Shown: positions 29,384 to 42,000 of the stretch, one piece after another | Numbering within the stretch: the first letter of the stretch is position 1 | Layout of the letters: every line of letters starts with the position of its first letter | Assembly (NCBI GenBank): GCA_963674825.1 | Contig: OY771587.1 | Span: 3,296,001-3,360,000, forward strand | From: Candidatus Cloacimonadales bacterium | GTDB lineage: Bacteria > Cloacimonadota > Cloacimonadia > Cloacimonadales > JAIOQZ01 | Reading direction: 5' to 3' | Length of the DNA: 64,000 bases | Position numbers and translations under genes: made by a program | The notes under the pieces: model-generated | The model's database searches: none | What the model was told of the DNA's origin: nothing | What the model saw: the letters and a program-made list of their open reading frames with translations, nothing else

Positions 29384-31600
29384 ATGGTGCGGCTGATTCT
29401 GGACAAATTTAGCAACAAGGTAGGCTATCCCATCTCCACTAAGGAGCAGTTTGAACGCCTGAGAAAAATCCAGTCTACACGAGAAGAAGAACAAGTTATC
29501 GACATCCTGGAAGTGCAGCTTCTCATTTTCCAGGGAAAACTGGATCAAGCTGAAGAAAATTTGCAAAATATTGGAAATCGGCTGGAAGGATCTGATACAA
29601 TGCTTCTTCAGGATTTAATATTATACAAGATGTGCAATATCTCAAATTCTCGTGGCGATGTGGATGTTTTCCTCGAACAAATCCAGGCTTGCTGTAAACA
29701 AATAGACAATCATGATCCAGGATTTCTTCCTGAGCGATACCATGTTCTTGGTGTCGCCTATATGATAAAACGAATGTATAAAAAATCCGAGGATGCATTT
29801 CTCAATTTTCTAAGAGCAGGACGCGAACAACATAATGATTGGATTATTGCACAAGCAATGGGTGATCTGGGACAGCTTTTTCTCCGCCAGGATTTGTATC
29901 ACGAAGCCCGAGAACATCTGAAGTATTCCATCGAGGGATTCCGGAAACTCGACAGGAAGGATTACCTCATTCAACCTCTGAATGACTATGCTCTCGTGCT
30001 TACGAACACGGGGGAGCCTGAGTCGGCTATCAGTGTGTTCGAAGAGCTTTTGGAGCTTTCCCGGGATCAGGAAGATAGGGTCAACCGAGGTAGATCGTTG
30101 TTCAATCTCGGTCTCTGCCACCAGAAACTCGATCATTTCGAGACAGCCCTGTCCTATTATCATCAGGCCATGGAGGAGGAAGAACTTCATAGAAGTCCCG
30201 CTCTTCAGCAGAAAGTACACAACAATCTCGGTCTGGTCTACGGCAGTTTGAAGAAAAACAATCTGGCGATCCAGCATCTCCAGCAGGCGTATGAGCTTGC
30301 TCGCAGGCAGGAAGACGAGTTTCAGCAACGAGTAGTTTGGAACAACATCCTGTATTATAAACTTCTGAACAACCACTTCTCGGAAGGGATGAAGGACGAA
30401 ATTGAAGAAATCATCGCGTGGTTCGAAAAAAGCGATTCTCCGAAGATGCTTATCCGTAGCATGCGTGTACTGGCCTTGTACTACAGGCAAAAAGGTCAAT
30501 TCGATCTTGCCTTCAACACGTTGGACAACAGTATTGTCAAACTCGATGATTTCTACAATGGACATCTTCAGGAACAAAACCGGGAATTCGCAAAACAACT
30601 CAAGGAATCAATGTCGCGGCGTGAGCGGATTCGTGACCTGCTGGAACCCGATCTTCAGAAGAGTGTGCAGCATAACATGATTGGTAACAGCGATGCCATA
30701 CGGAACGTTGTCGATATGGCAAGGAAAGCATCGAAGATTTCCGGGGTGAATGTGTTGATTACTGGTGAATCGGGAACGGGGAAAGAGATTTTATCCCGTT
30801 TGATTCATTTCAACAGTGCCAGAAGTAAAAACAGGCTTGTTACGGTTAATTGTAACGCAATCACCTCTACACTTGCAGAAAGCGAGTTCTTCGGTCATAC
30901 AGAAGGTTCATTCACCGGGGCTGTTTCAAACCGGATTGGCTTCTTCGAGCAAGCTTCCGGCGGTACTCTTTATCTCGATGAGATTGGGGACATGCCGCTG
31001 GAGATTCAATCAAAACTGCTACGAGCAATCGAAACGGGAAAAATCCAGCCCGTAGGCGGAGAGCATGAAATCGAGGTTGATGTTCGCATCGTTGCTTCAA
31101 CAAATAAAGATCTCGATGACTTGATTCTGCAAAACCGCTTTCGGCTTGACCTTCTTCACCGTATAAACGCAATTCACATCCGAATACCTCCTCTGCAGGA
31201 TAGAGAAGGCGATCTCGAATTGCTGATTGATCACTTCATCAAAGAGATTTCCAAGACCATGAATAGAAGGGAAGTTGTCGTTGATCCATCGTATATGCAA
31301 GCGCTGAAATCATACAGTTTTCCGGGAAATGTCCGTGAATTGAGAAATATCGTAGAACGAAGCCTGATTCTTGAAAACACAAATACACTGACCGCTGATT
31401 CTCTTCCAGAACTCAAGAAGGGAAAAGGAGATGTCATGGTAAATCATTTTGGCGTCTTGAACCTTGCTGAAGTCGAGAAGATTACTATCTTCAAAGCTCT
31501 GGAGAAAACAGAAGGATCTCAGATTCAAGCGTCCAGACTATTAGGGATCACCGAAAGTACGCTTAGTAGGAAGCTGAAAAGACTCAGGAGTAATTCATGA
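29384..31600 (+). CDS. sigma54-dependent enhancer-binding protein with N-terminal TPR array
   Basis: TPR-like repeats (LFNLGLCH, HNNLGLVY); GESGTGKE, GSFTGA, LDEIG, RFRLDLLHRI, FPGNVRELRN; Fis-type HTH; AAGGAGG RBS before ATG 29384. Confidence 0.92.
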   Translation: MVRLILDKFSNKVGYPISTKEQFERLRKIQSTREEEQVIDILEVQLLIFQGKLDQAEENLQNIGNRLEGSDTMLLQDLILYKMCNISNSRGDVDVFLEQIQACCKQIDNHDPGFLPERYHVLGVAYMIKRMYKKSEDAFLNFLRAGREQHNDWIIAQAMGDLGQLFLRQDLYHEAREHLKYSIEGFRKLDRKDYLIQPLNDYALVLTNTGEPESAISVFEELLELSRDQEDRVNRGRSLFNLGLCHQKLDHFETALSYYHQAMEEEELHRSPALQQKVHNNLGLVYGSLKKNNLAIQHLQQAYELARRQEDEFQQRVVWNNILYYKLLNNHFSEGMKDEIEEIIAWFEKSDSPKMLIRSMRVLALYYRQKGQFDLAFNTLDNSIVKLDDFYNGHLQEQNREFAKQLKESMSRRERIRDLLEPDLQKSVQHNMIGNSDAIRNVVDMARKASKISGVNVLITGESGTGKEILSRLIHFNSARSKNRLVTVNCNAITSTLAESEFFGHTEGSFTGAVSNRIGFFEQASGGTLYLDEIGDMPLEIQSKLLRAIETGKIQPVGGEHEIEVDVRIVASTNKDLDDLILQNRFRLDLLHRINAIHIRIPPLQDREGDLELLIDHFIKEISKTMNRREVVVDPSYMQALKSYSFPGNVRELRNIVERSLILENTNTLTADSLPELKKGKGDVMVNHFGVLNLAEVEKITIFKALEKTEGSQIQASRLLGITESTLSRKLKRLRSNS

Positions 31601-31645
31601 TTATCTGCCGATGTATAACCTGGCACGGGAATTCGCGATGTTCGA

Positions 31646-34600
31646 CTATCTTCCCTCGGCAATGACTGCCCGGACGATATAGAACAGGCGATTATTAGAC
31701 AGTAGCACCTGACTGTGCGTGCAGGTCGTACCGGTTACGAACCCGAGAAGCTGATAATCGTCCGCGCTGCCACCGGGGATATCGCTGTAGAGCACATTAT
31801 AGCCGTTCGGTGCGATGGGGTTGCCGTCGATATTGGTGGTAACCGGATCCCAGCTCAGGATCACATCGTTGTCTTGTAACTGGATCGTGACGTTCTCCGG
31901 CGCGGATGGTTCGGAAACAATCCCGATTCCGCTGAGCGCAATGGACATGGTTTCTGTGTTGCAGGCATCCGAAACGATACAGAGTGTATCGACGATAGTT
32001 CCTGCTGTTTCCGGAGCGAAGGTGATATCGACCATCAGCGAATCGTGCGCTGTTATGCTGACAGGTGTACCCTGTTCGAGGCCGAAGCCCTGCGAACCGT
32101 CGACGAAGGTCAACTGGCTGATTTCAAGGCTTACGTGGCTTTCGTTGCGGATAGTTATCGTCAGGGAAGATTCCTGTCCGATCAAGACTGTGTCGAAGTC
32201 TAATTGAACCAATGACACATCGATGATGGGGAGGGCATCCTGCCAGCTCAGGTAGGGGTAACCGCTGTTGTTGTAGCCGTCGATTACCCAGATATCGTCA
32301 GCGCCGTTTACGGTTTCATACATGAAGTCCCATCCTGCGTCGGTGAAGGTGGACAGCGTCTTCATTTCGGCGGTTGTCTTGCCTGTTCCACCCGCGCTCG
32401 AGATCTTCCCGCTGGTCTGGGTGTCCCAGAAAGAATTGACAACGATTGACGAGTCGCATTCCGCAATCATTCCGCCGCTGTACATACCTGTTACGGAGCC
32501 CTTGCTGTAACAATTGGTGATCGTTGAATGGCTATCGCTTCCGATCAATCCGCCGGAGAGGCTTCCACCCACGCTACACCATGAATAGCTGTTTGTTATC
32601 GACGAGTAGTTATTCATCGATACCAGCCCACCGTTGTAGCTATCAAAATAGGATGAAGTTATGCTGCCGGCTGAGCGACATCCAAAGATGGAAGAATTCG
32701 TATTGACTGCGACCAGACCGCCACACTGGCTGCCGCTTATACTTCCCTGACAGGAGCAGTTTGCTATTGTCGAATTAGCGTTGTTTCCAACCAGGCATGC
32801 GCCGAAGCTGTCAGCGTGAACCACAACGCCAGTCAAGAGGAGATTGCTGATCGTCGCGCCATCTGTATAGCCCCAAAATGCTTGATAATCGGAACTGGAT
32901 CGATTAACTCGCAACCCGCTTATAATGTGTCCCTGCCCGTTGTAGTGACCGGTGAATTTCCGGCTGCTGTTGCCGAGGGGAATCCATCCTTCATTACTAT
33001 TCCATGTGGCTGTTGAGCTGGCATCGATGTCGGCGACCTGAACGAACCAAACGCCCCAGCATATCGGGTTCTCGCTAATCCAGAGGAGATCGTCCAACTC
33101 GGTAATCTGCAAAGGCGCGTCCTCCGAGCCATCTCCCTCCATGCCCGTATCGCCCAGGTCATCGGTGTTGAATATACTCACCGGTACTGCTACCTGCGAG
33201 GCGTCGGAATCGATTAGAAGAACATCACTGTATTCACCCGCAGTGTTATTCTGGAAACCGACAGTGATCGTGCAGTATCCGGCGGGAGCGACGAGATGCG
33301 GCAATGTCGGGCATGAAAGCGTGAAGCCCTGTTCACTATTCATATAGCTCACGTTTGAAATTGTCAAGTCTGCAAGACCATCGTTGAAAACAGTCACCGA
33401 CTTGGTAGCCGCCACCTGACCGTAATAACAGGTATCAAGTTCGATAGCCAGTGGCATATAACTGATGATAGGCGTTAGCGGTTGCCAGGTAAGATAAGGG
33501 AAGCCGCTATTGACTGCGCTGTTGATCGACCAGATGTCCTGCGTGCCGTTGACCGTTTCTCCTGAAAAATCCCAACTCGCATCGGTGAACGTGGATTGCG
33601 TCATCATTTCGACAGTCGTTTTCCCTGTTCCGCCAGAACTCGATGACTGACCGGAGGTTTGCGTATTCCAGAATGAATTGCTGACTGTCGAACCGTCATT
33701 TTGCCCGATGAGTCCGCCCAAATAGAGATAACCACTCACGCTTCCCGTACTATAGCATTTGCTTATATTGGAAGAATATATACTTCCAACCAACCCACCG
33801 GAATACATTGTACTATTGGCGCTGCTGGTCGAATAGCAGTTAGATATCGTTGCGTAAGAACCAGTTCCAACCAATCCACCTGCTTGAGAGTTGCCACTTA
33901 CCTGTCCTGTGGAAAAGCAATTTCTGATCACTGTGTTGGTTATATTGAATATATCGAAAGTATCGGTCATTCCGACAAGGCAGCCGACACACTGGTTTCC
34001 TGATATATCGGCATTGGTAACGCCCAGGTTCTTTATCGTTGCGGACGCTGCATACCCGAATAGCCCCTGATTGTTTGTCCCTGGCCGATTGATATACACA
34101 TTGCTGACGATGTGCCCCTGGCCATTATAATTGCCAGAAAATGGTGTGATCGGCAGCCACCCGGCGCAGTCGTTCAGGTCAATGCTGGGGCTGGCGTCGA
34201 TGTCGTCAGTTTGCGAGAACCATGCGCTCATTAAGGCTGAGTGGTTGGTGATCCAGAGCAGGTCTTCAAAGTCTGCCACTTGAAGAGGCGAAGCTTCTGT
34301 TCCGAGTCCGAGCATTCCGGTATCGCCCACGTTGTAACGGGTAATCGCCGACACTGGGATTTCGAGAATGGGATTGTCGATCGCGTTGGAAAGGATTGCG
34401 AGCGTATCTTCGTAGTCCCCGAGGGTGTTGTTGATGAAGCTGACGGTTACCGTGAGCGATCCGCCCGGTGCGATCGTATAGGGTAGTGTGACGTCTGACA
34501 ACGTGAATCCCTGTCCACCCGCATTAAATCCGATGCCATGAATTGCCAGATATTCTTCGCCGCTGTTGGAAATGACTAGCTCTCCCGAGATCGCGGAACC

Positions 34601-35641
34601 GTTATAGTAACGTGTCCCCAGATCGAGCGAGGCGTGGTTTGCGGAGATATATGCCGAGTAGGGTTGCCAGCTCAGGTAGGGGTAACCGCTGTTGTTTCCG
34701 CCATCGATGCTCCAGTAGTCGTTCGAACCGTTGGCTGTTTCACACACAAAGTCCCAGCCTGCTTCAGTGTATGTTGGTGCCGTTTTCATCTGTGCGGTGT
34801 TTTTACCGGTGCCGCCGGCGCTGGAGCTCTGTCCGCTGGTCTGCGTGTCCCAGAAGCTGGTTGCGACGCTTGCATTGTTGTAACCGACTAAACCGCCGAT
34901 GTTTGTGCTGCCGCCGACTGAACCTACCGAGTAGCAATCCTGGATGTCTCCGCCGGGAAAATTTCCACCCACCAATCCGCCGACGTTGGATGTTCCCGAA
35001 ACGCTGCCGGTCGCATAGCAGTCGTACAGCGTGCTGGAATTGCTTCCCGCGAATCCCCCAATATTGCTTGAACCGCTCACCGTGCAAGCGCTGTAGCAGC
35101 AGGATGCTTCGCCTCGTTTATCGCCGATCAGGCCGCCGCCGACGGTATTGCCTGCGACGCTTCCCGTAGCGCAGCAATTTGTGACGGTTCCGCTGAGAAA
35201 ATTGCCGATCAGTGAACCTATGGTGTTGTATGCATGTATATTCACGTCGAGGAGAACAAGGTTCGAAATCGCCGCCTGGGAAATGTATCCGAAGAAGCCC
35301 TGGTTGTTCCCTGAGGGACGGTTGATGGTCAGGCCGCTGATCGAATGTCCCTGGCCGTCATAGGATCCCTCGAAGTATTCGTGATCGATGGAGGAATTGC
35401 GATACCCCAGCGGCATCCATCCGGTACCGTTGTTCCAGGTACTTGTAGCGCTGGCGTCGATGTCGTCAGTCTGAACGAACCATCGATCCCACTGGTTTTC
35501 ATTCTCATAGACCCACTGGAGGTTGTCGAGCGAGGTTATTTGATATGGAGCCGTTTCAGTACCGCTGCCGGATGGCTGTACCGCTGTCGCGAAAAGCAAA
35601 GAAAAACAAAGCATGAAAATTGCGCATATATATTTTGTCAT
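31646..35641 (-). CDS. Secreted GLUG-repeat beta-helix protein (1331 aa): three GLUG modules each followed by an ASH/Ig-like domain
   Basis: Signal peptide; three G.GTE..P.QI..L..L.W modules with (V/I)GGLVG repeats, each ending SFWDTQTSG...GGTGKTT..M...F..AGWDF...GYPYL.WQ. Confidence 0.85.
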   Translation of the reverse strand: MTKYICAIFMLCFSLLFATAVQPSGSGTETAPYQITSLDNLQWVYENENQWDRWFVQTDDIDASATSTWNNGTGWMPLGYRNSSIDHEYFEGSYDGQGHSISGLTINRPSGNNQGFFGYISQAAISNLVLLDVNIHAYNTIGSLIGNFLSGTVTNCCATGSVAGNTVGGGLIGDKRGEASCCYSACTVSGSSNIGGFAGSNSSTLYDCYATGSVSGTSNVGGLVGGNFPGGDIQDCYSVGSVGGSTNIGGLVGYNNASVATSFWDTQTSGQSSSAGGTGKNTAQMKTAPTYTEAGWDFVCETANGSNDYWSIDGGNNSGYPYLSWQPYSAYISANHASLDLGTRYYNGSAISGELVISNSGEEYLAIHGIGFNAGGQGFTLSDVTLPYTIAPGGSLTVTVSFINNTLGDYEDTLAILSNAIDNPILEIPVSAITRYNVGDTGMLGLGTEASPLQVADFEDLLWITNHSALMSAWFSQTDDIDASPSIDLNDCAGWLPITPFSGNYNGQGHIVSNVYINRPGTNNQGLFGYAASATIKNLGVTNADISGNQCVGCLVGMTDTFDIFNITNTVIRNCFSTGQVSGNSQAGGLVGTGSYATISNCYSTSSANSTMYSGGLVGSIYSSNISKCYSTGSVSGYLYLGGLIGQNDGSTVSNSFWNTQTSGQSSSSGGTGKTTVEMMTQSTFTDASWDFSGETVNGTQDIWSINSAVNSGFPYLTWQPLTPIISYMPLAIELDTCYYGQVAATKSVTVFNDGLADLTISNVSYMNSEQGFTLSCPTLPHLVAPAGYCTITVGFQNNTAGEYSDVLLIDSDASQVAVPVSIFNTDDLGDTGMEGDGSEDAPLQITELDDLLWISENPICWGVWFVQVADIDASSTATWNSNEGWIPLGNSSRKFTGHYNGQGHIISGLRVNRSSSDYQAFWGYTDGATISNLLLTGVVVHADSFGACLVGNNANSTIANCSCQGSISGSQCGGLVAVNTNSSIFGCRSAGSITSSYFDSYNGGLVSMNNYSSITNSYSWCSVGGSLSGGLIGSDSHSTITNCYSKGSVTGMYSGGMIAECDSSIVVNSFWDTQTSGKISSAGGTGKTTAEMKTLSTFTDAGWDFMYETVNGADDIWVIDGYNNSGYPYLSWQDALPIIDVSLVQLDFDTVLIGQESSLTITIRNESHVSLEISQLTFVDGSQGFGLEQGTPVSITAHDSLMVDITFAPETAGTIVDTLCIVSDACNTETMSIALSGIGIVSEPSAPENVTIQLQDNDVILSWDPVTTNIDGNPIAPNGYNVLYSDIPGGSADDYQLLGFVTGTTCTHSQVLLSNNRLFYIVRAVIAEGR

Positions 35642-36008
35642 TCTTAATCTCCATACGGTGAAATTTATATCTCTAAAGATCTTGAGGTGGTATCTGTCAA
35701 TATCTTTGTGGGTATAATGTGGTCGAATATCATTTTTTGATTCCCAATCTTTTTTATGAACAAATATTCATTTATACTCCCTGCCTATCAATGTCTCTTG
35801 CTCTTACAGGAGACGATTTCGTGGATAACAATAATGAGATCGGAGTTTCAGGTATTCGTGATTTTTACTGATAAGATAATGATTCACACCAATATATGAT
35901 TCCATTCGTTCCTTGTTTCGATCCTCTTGCTGAGTGTACTATATATATGCACAATGAGTTTATTCTGCATTGTTCGGTAAGCGATTTTAAGAAATACATG
36001 ATAGAGAC

Positions 36009-36041
36009 GAGCAGCCTTGTGTTATTGATACAAGGCTGCTC
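36009..36041 (-). terminator. Stem-loop downstream of the 3238-aa gene
   Basis: GAGCAGCCTTGT-N9-ACAAGGCTGCTC is a perfect 12-bp inverted repeat. Confidence 0.65.
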
Positions 36042-36077
36042 TCAGGCATTTGAATGAGGAAATGCTGTAACGTGAGA

Positions 36078-39000
36078 TTATTCCTTTCTCACGCTGGTAT
36101 TATCGGCAGTAGGACGGATCGTTCTTGTTCTGGTATATGGCTCCGTATCGGATGTAACGTGGAAGAATCCCAATCCAACTTCAGGTAACTCGATTGTCCA
36201 GCATACACCTCCGGTTCGTATTGGTGTAAAGACGCCATTAGCACTTACATCAATCCATGGTCCGTCGGGGGACTCGGCTTGAAATACATGATAAGATATT
36301 GCACCATCGACGGCATCCCACATGATAACGACATCGTCTCCGGATCGTTGAAGTCGAACATTTTGCGGTGGCAGTAACCCGATGCTTTCTACGTGGAACA
36401 TATACGGTTCAATCGGATTGCCGAGAACCTGGTTGCTGATGAAAACGATCGATTCGTCAGCGGTATAGACGACATCAAGATCGGGATCGTAGATACGGTA
36501 CTGAATGGTTTCACCGATCGTGTTCGCGTACTGGGTCAGGAAGAATGTCCATTGATCCATAACCTGCACCAGCGACGCCACACCGCGGCATTCATCTCCG
36601 CAGAAAGCTCCCAGGATGAAATTCTCGCTGTTCTGAAGCTCATCGTCGATTTGGACGACAGCAGTGATATTAGAGGAATACTCGTAGTCCAGCGGATCGA
36701 AATCCCAACCGGGAAGGTCTCTCGGTGACTTCACCAGATTTTGGTCATGCTGCTCAAGTGCCGGCTGCTCCCTCGGAATCGTGTAGTCGGGGTAGAAGAA
36801 CGAGCCGCTTCCGGCGGTCTTCAGCATATAGCCTTCTCCGGGATTCATGAACAGCAATGAACCGTACCAGCCGTATCCTTCGATGTATTGGGAATAACCG
36901 GTCTGGTTTTTAATCAGGTCGCCCGAAACGAGACTTGGCATGTCTGCCAGCGCCTCATTCACGCTGATGCTCAGATGCGGCAGGTATCCGATCCAGTTCC
37001 AGCCGCTTCCGTATGTAATCGCTGTTGTCTGCGGATCATCGAGAAGACCGTTGCATTGTAGATCGCTTTGCTCTGCCAGCTTGATCTTGAACATCTGCGT
37101 CGTTTCGATGCTCGATAGAGAACCGACCCAGCCGGTTCCTTCAACGTATTGGGCGTACTCGGTCTGGCTCTTGATAAGGTCGTTTTGAACAGGACCGAGC
37201 GATGAGAGGATGTTGTCCAGGAGCATCGAGCCCTGGTTTACGAGGTTGATTGAGAACCATGTCCATCCGCCGTGGCATTCGATGGTAGTGAACAGCTCGG
37301 GACAGACATCGAGCACGACCGGACTTAGCGATGTCCCATAAACCGCGCCGGAAAGGAAAACATACGTTTGATTGATCCCGAAATGCTCTTTGTTCTCGGA
37401 GGAATCCCAGGTTCGGAAGTAGAGTGTGTCGCCGTACTCTTCATCGCTGTGAACGGTCAGAAAAAACTGATATTCATCATCTACGAACGGCACATGGTGG
37501 ATACTTGCGAATCCTCGGCATTGATACGAGCCATCCTGATCGAGAACGAATGCGCCAACGATATCGTTCGTGTCGGTGGAAATCGTATCATCGATATTCA
37601 ATTGGCCGGTGATGGTCATGGAGTATTCGAAATTGCTCAGCGGAGTCGCTACCCAAGAGGGAGGATTGGCGAGGACGCTTATGTCGAATACCAGCGGTTC
37701 TCTTCCCAGCCCGGGAATATCGGCATAGAGCGTGTCGCAGAAGGTTCCGTAACCGAGCTGTTCATTGACGGTAAATGTCAGGCTCTGGCTGTCGAGCGGA
37801 TAGAGCTGACCGTTCTCGACATCCACCGTTAGCCACTCAGGCAAGTCTTCGATGACGAAAGAGGAGGTCTGTCCGCCGCTGTTGATCAGCATCATATCGA
37901 TCTCCATCTCCTCGCCCAGTGGCTTGATCGCTTCGACTTTGGTTTGCGACCACCCAACCGGATTGGCATTTACGAAAAACTCCCAGGTCAACGCCTCCTC
38001 CAACGGATTGCCATAAAGGTCCGTGATGCCTTCCACGCTTGCTTGCACAAGATGATTCTCCATCCACCAGAGCATGTCGGACGCTGGCGTGAGCACAATC
38101 TCGTTGTTGAAGACGCTGAAATCGCAGTTCAGCGGCATATAGTTATCCAGAATCGTCAGGCTGATGTCGTCCGGATCAATGCCCACCGGATCGATCGCTT
38201 CAGTGAGAGACAGCAGTATCTGGTCGCCTAGCGACAGGATGCCGTCGCTTGGTTCCGGCGCAGTGAATGATGTCGGCGAGATACGGTCGATGAAGCCCTG
38301 TACGGGAGGGCAGTAGTAATTCTCGGTTTGCACGTAATCGGTCGCTCCTGCGCGAATTTCATACGCTCCATCCGAAAGCAGGCTGACATCCCACGGAATC
38401 TGTATGTAGAAGGGGTATTCCGCTAAAACCGAATCGGGAATTACAGCAGCGGTAATCCAGTCACGATTGCAGGTTTTCTTGTATTGCAGGAGAAGCGATT
38501 CCAGATAGGGTTTCTCGATATCATAGCCGGTCAGAATCACATTCAAGGTGTCGTTGTTTGCCTGGTTGATAATCCAGTCGTCGTTCGGAAACTGTATTTC
38601 CACTCGGCTATAGGGTGGTTCCCAATGTACGTCGAAGTACTTGTACACATAGAAGTAATGTCCATCCGGGCCATCGTTTCCTCGGTCGCCCGGAGCGTAG
38701 AATTCCAGTGCCAAGTCTTCATAGTCGAATTCGTACGGTCCTCTTTCAACTGTCATCACCGCTTGAACAGCGCTACTGGGCGGAATATCGAACGCCATCT
38801 GTTCTTCCAGCGGCACACCGTTTATTTTCACCGTCGCGCCGCCCGGATTGCTGTCATGGTGCATGGTCAGGTAGTATCGACGGTACTCTTCGCTCTGACT
38901 GGTATTTTGCAGACTGAGCAGGAATACTGCCTGATCGCCGTCCTCCAGACCCGATTGAGCATATGTATTCGCCGTGAGATTCACGCCATCGCGAGGAAGC

Positions 39001-42000
39001 GTGTTCGGTTCCCAGCGGTTGGACGAAGCTCCGGCGATTGTCTCGAACACCGGCGTTCCATAAACCGGATCGGTCTTGATATCGACAGTGAAGTAGTCGG
39101 AGAGGTAGTTCAGGGAGCTTGTCTCGTCGTCATCAGCGAGGACGAACGTGCTGGTGGTGCTCATCTCGTTTTCGGTAGCGGTCGAATGCCCGATGGTCAC
39201 GCCGGTTTCGAATGACCATCCCCCTGTTTCGCCCATGCCGTTCACCGTTAAGCCGAAATCCATACCGAATTCTTCAGATACTGTGGTAGTGAAATAGAAC
39301 GTATTGGCTTCGGTTGAGGCACATGTTTCCTCGTAGGTATATCCAGCGCCAGCATTGAAAGACACGTTTGCAGGATGGTTGGGATTCGCTACAGCGTTTT
39401 CGATGTTGTCTTCGTTCATATCGAGGTAGGATTGCCACAGAGCGGCAGACGTTGTGTCGCCGATCGCGATAAGGTTTGGGATCACGCTGAGTCGAATCTG
39501 GCTCTCGGTGTACATGTAGATGGTGTCGAACCCGTTGGGCGATACCATAACGCCCTGCGTGAGGTTGACGGAATTGGTGGAATCGATCCAGGCGACTTCC
39601 TTGGTGATGCCCCATACAAGGTTTACTGCGCCGCCGACGAAGAGGTCGGATTCCAGCCCGATGAGTTGGTTGTCCGGTGATGTGTTGTATTCTTCGGTGG
39701 TGGAGAAGGTGTATTGGGTTTCCGTATCGCATCCCATGCCCAGCTCGGCAGTGACCGACTGTCCGATATCAATCGTCGCGTCTATCTCGGTTTCGATGCT
39801 GTAGAACAATCCGGTGTCGAAAGAGAAATCCGGGCCCATGTGCATGGTCTGATGCTGGTTGTTCGCTATGGTCATTTCCGCTGACACCGACATCGAAACG
39901 CTGGTGCTGCTGGTCTGGCTGAAGGAGCTGTAGCTGCAATCGCCGGGAGGATCGTGTAGCACGAGGAATGGTAGCTCGGGTGAAGTCGTCGAGAAGGTGC
40001 TTTCCATTGGGCGAGTGCCTTCTGTTAACACCCAGTCGGTCTGAGTCGCATACCGATCCAGATTGGTATCGTGCACGGTGAATTCAAGCATATTCTGGTG
40101 TTTGCGGTCACCGTTTGTGATAATATTTGGCAGGTAGGGCGCGAAGGTGTATGTGTAGTAGTTGTTCCCGTCGAAGTTATCTTCCGTTTCGCCTTGTGTT
40201 CCCACCTCGTCGGTTATCTGAATGTCGCAGTCAGTGATATAAGTGACAAAGGCGGGGCTTCCAGCAGCACGGTAATCCTCGAATGCCCGGACATTCACGC
40301 TGCACCACTCGTTTTGCGGAAGAACATAGAAACCGAATTCCTGATATTGATCATCATCCATGTATTTTATATCGAGCGAGGTAGGCCATACAGCCTCAAC
40401 TGTGAGATCGTTGTGCCAGACAATACTGACGGTATCCGGGGCAGTTTCGGTGTAGCGCAGATCGACATTGACCGTGCTGATATCCTGGAAACTCGGCAGC
40501 ACGCCCAGACCGAAGGGATCATCCTCGGGATCCGCGGTCGCGGTGAGATTGTAGTTCAGTGGCGGTACATTGGTTATAGCGACGATTCCGCCACCCCAGG
40601 GGAGATTATCCTCTACCTGCGTGTAACGATCGCCCATCTCGCGGAGAAGGACATCGAACGATCCGATCGGATAACCATCATTTCCCCCCACGATGCGTAG
40701 CGCAAAGCTGACTTTCTCGGTGTCCCAGAAGTTGATTCCGGTTCGTGGGTAGGTTACGGCCCCGAGGTCCCACACGCGATCGAATTCATGTTCTTCGAAC
40801 GAGACGCTCAATATTGCTTCGGTTCCATGCTCCAGATCCATGGTAAATTCACCATCTTCATCGACCAGCGTCGGCGGAATGGTCGCCGAGCCATTGAGAA
40901 GGATCGATGCGCCTTCCACCGGCACTTGCGTATCGATATAGCGCACGATTCCCGATACACTGATCATGGAGTTGTCCGTGAAATCGACGCCGTTCTGGCT
41001 AATGTTGCTATTGCTTAGCGTGACAAGCCTTTGCTCGGGTTGGAAGTTGTGTCCCGCTTTAGACGGTGTGACAGTGAAGGTGGTGGCGGAGCCATAACTT
41101 AGTTGTGAGATCGCGTAATCCCCCCAAACATCGGTCACTGCGCCGGGAACGATGCCGGGTTCGTCGTCCGACCATGTTCCGGTGGTGAAGGTTCCTACAT
41201 GGCTGTAATTGGTGCCATCGAATACATGATTCCCGGCACCCTCATTCATCGGCCAGTAGCCGATCAAGCCTGTCTCGGACCAGGGCAGTATCAGGTTGCG
41301 CTGCAAATCGATTTTCGTTTGTGTTCGGGCGATATTGAAGAAGCGCAATTCGTCAATCGAGCCATCTGCACCGACGTACAAATCATTCTCGAGAAAAGGT
41401 GTTATCGTTACGGTTTCGCTTACGATTTCCTCTGCGTCGATATAGAGCGTTAGAAGGGGCTGGGAGGCGTCGTAAACGACTGCAAGGTGATGCCACTGGT
41501 CATCGACAATGGACGATGTAGTGTCCGGCTGCTCCAGCAATGTAGTAACATTCATCGTCGAATCAACTTGCACAAATCGAAGATAATCGCTTATTTCAGC
41601 GGTGACGACGAGCCCGATGTCCTGGTACATAATGGAAAAATTCGCTGTAGATAGTTTCACCCAGATTTCCCATGTGAAATCCTGGCTGGTATCCAGCTCA
41701 GGATCGTCGATAGATAATTCTCCATTCATCTCGAGGCATTTTCCCTGAGCTGGTGATACGGAAACGATCACCTCGCTGACGGGATTGTCATTCGGTGTGC
41801 AGATATTCCCCGTGATGATACCGTTGGGCTTCATGTAGCCGTAATCGCTGTCTGAGGATGACGATTCAGTACCAGCATAAGCTACGATGGAATACTCGTA
41901 GAACGTACCTGGGTTGGCGGTATAGTCGGCATACGAACGCGCGTCGGAGGTTATCGATTGAAGCTGTACGTTGTTGCGGTATACTCGGAAACCGGTCAAA

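Noticed and set aside
31621..31636. TGGCACGGGAATTCGC as a sigma54 promoter
   Set aside because: GG-to-GC spacing is 11 rather than 10, and it points into the 3' end of a convergent gene
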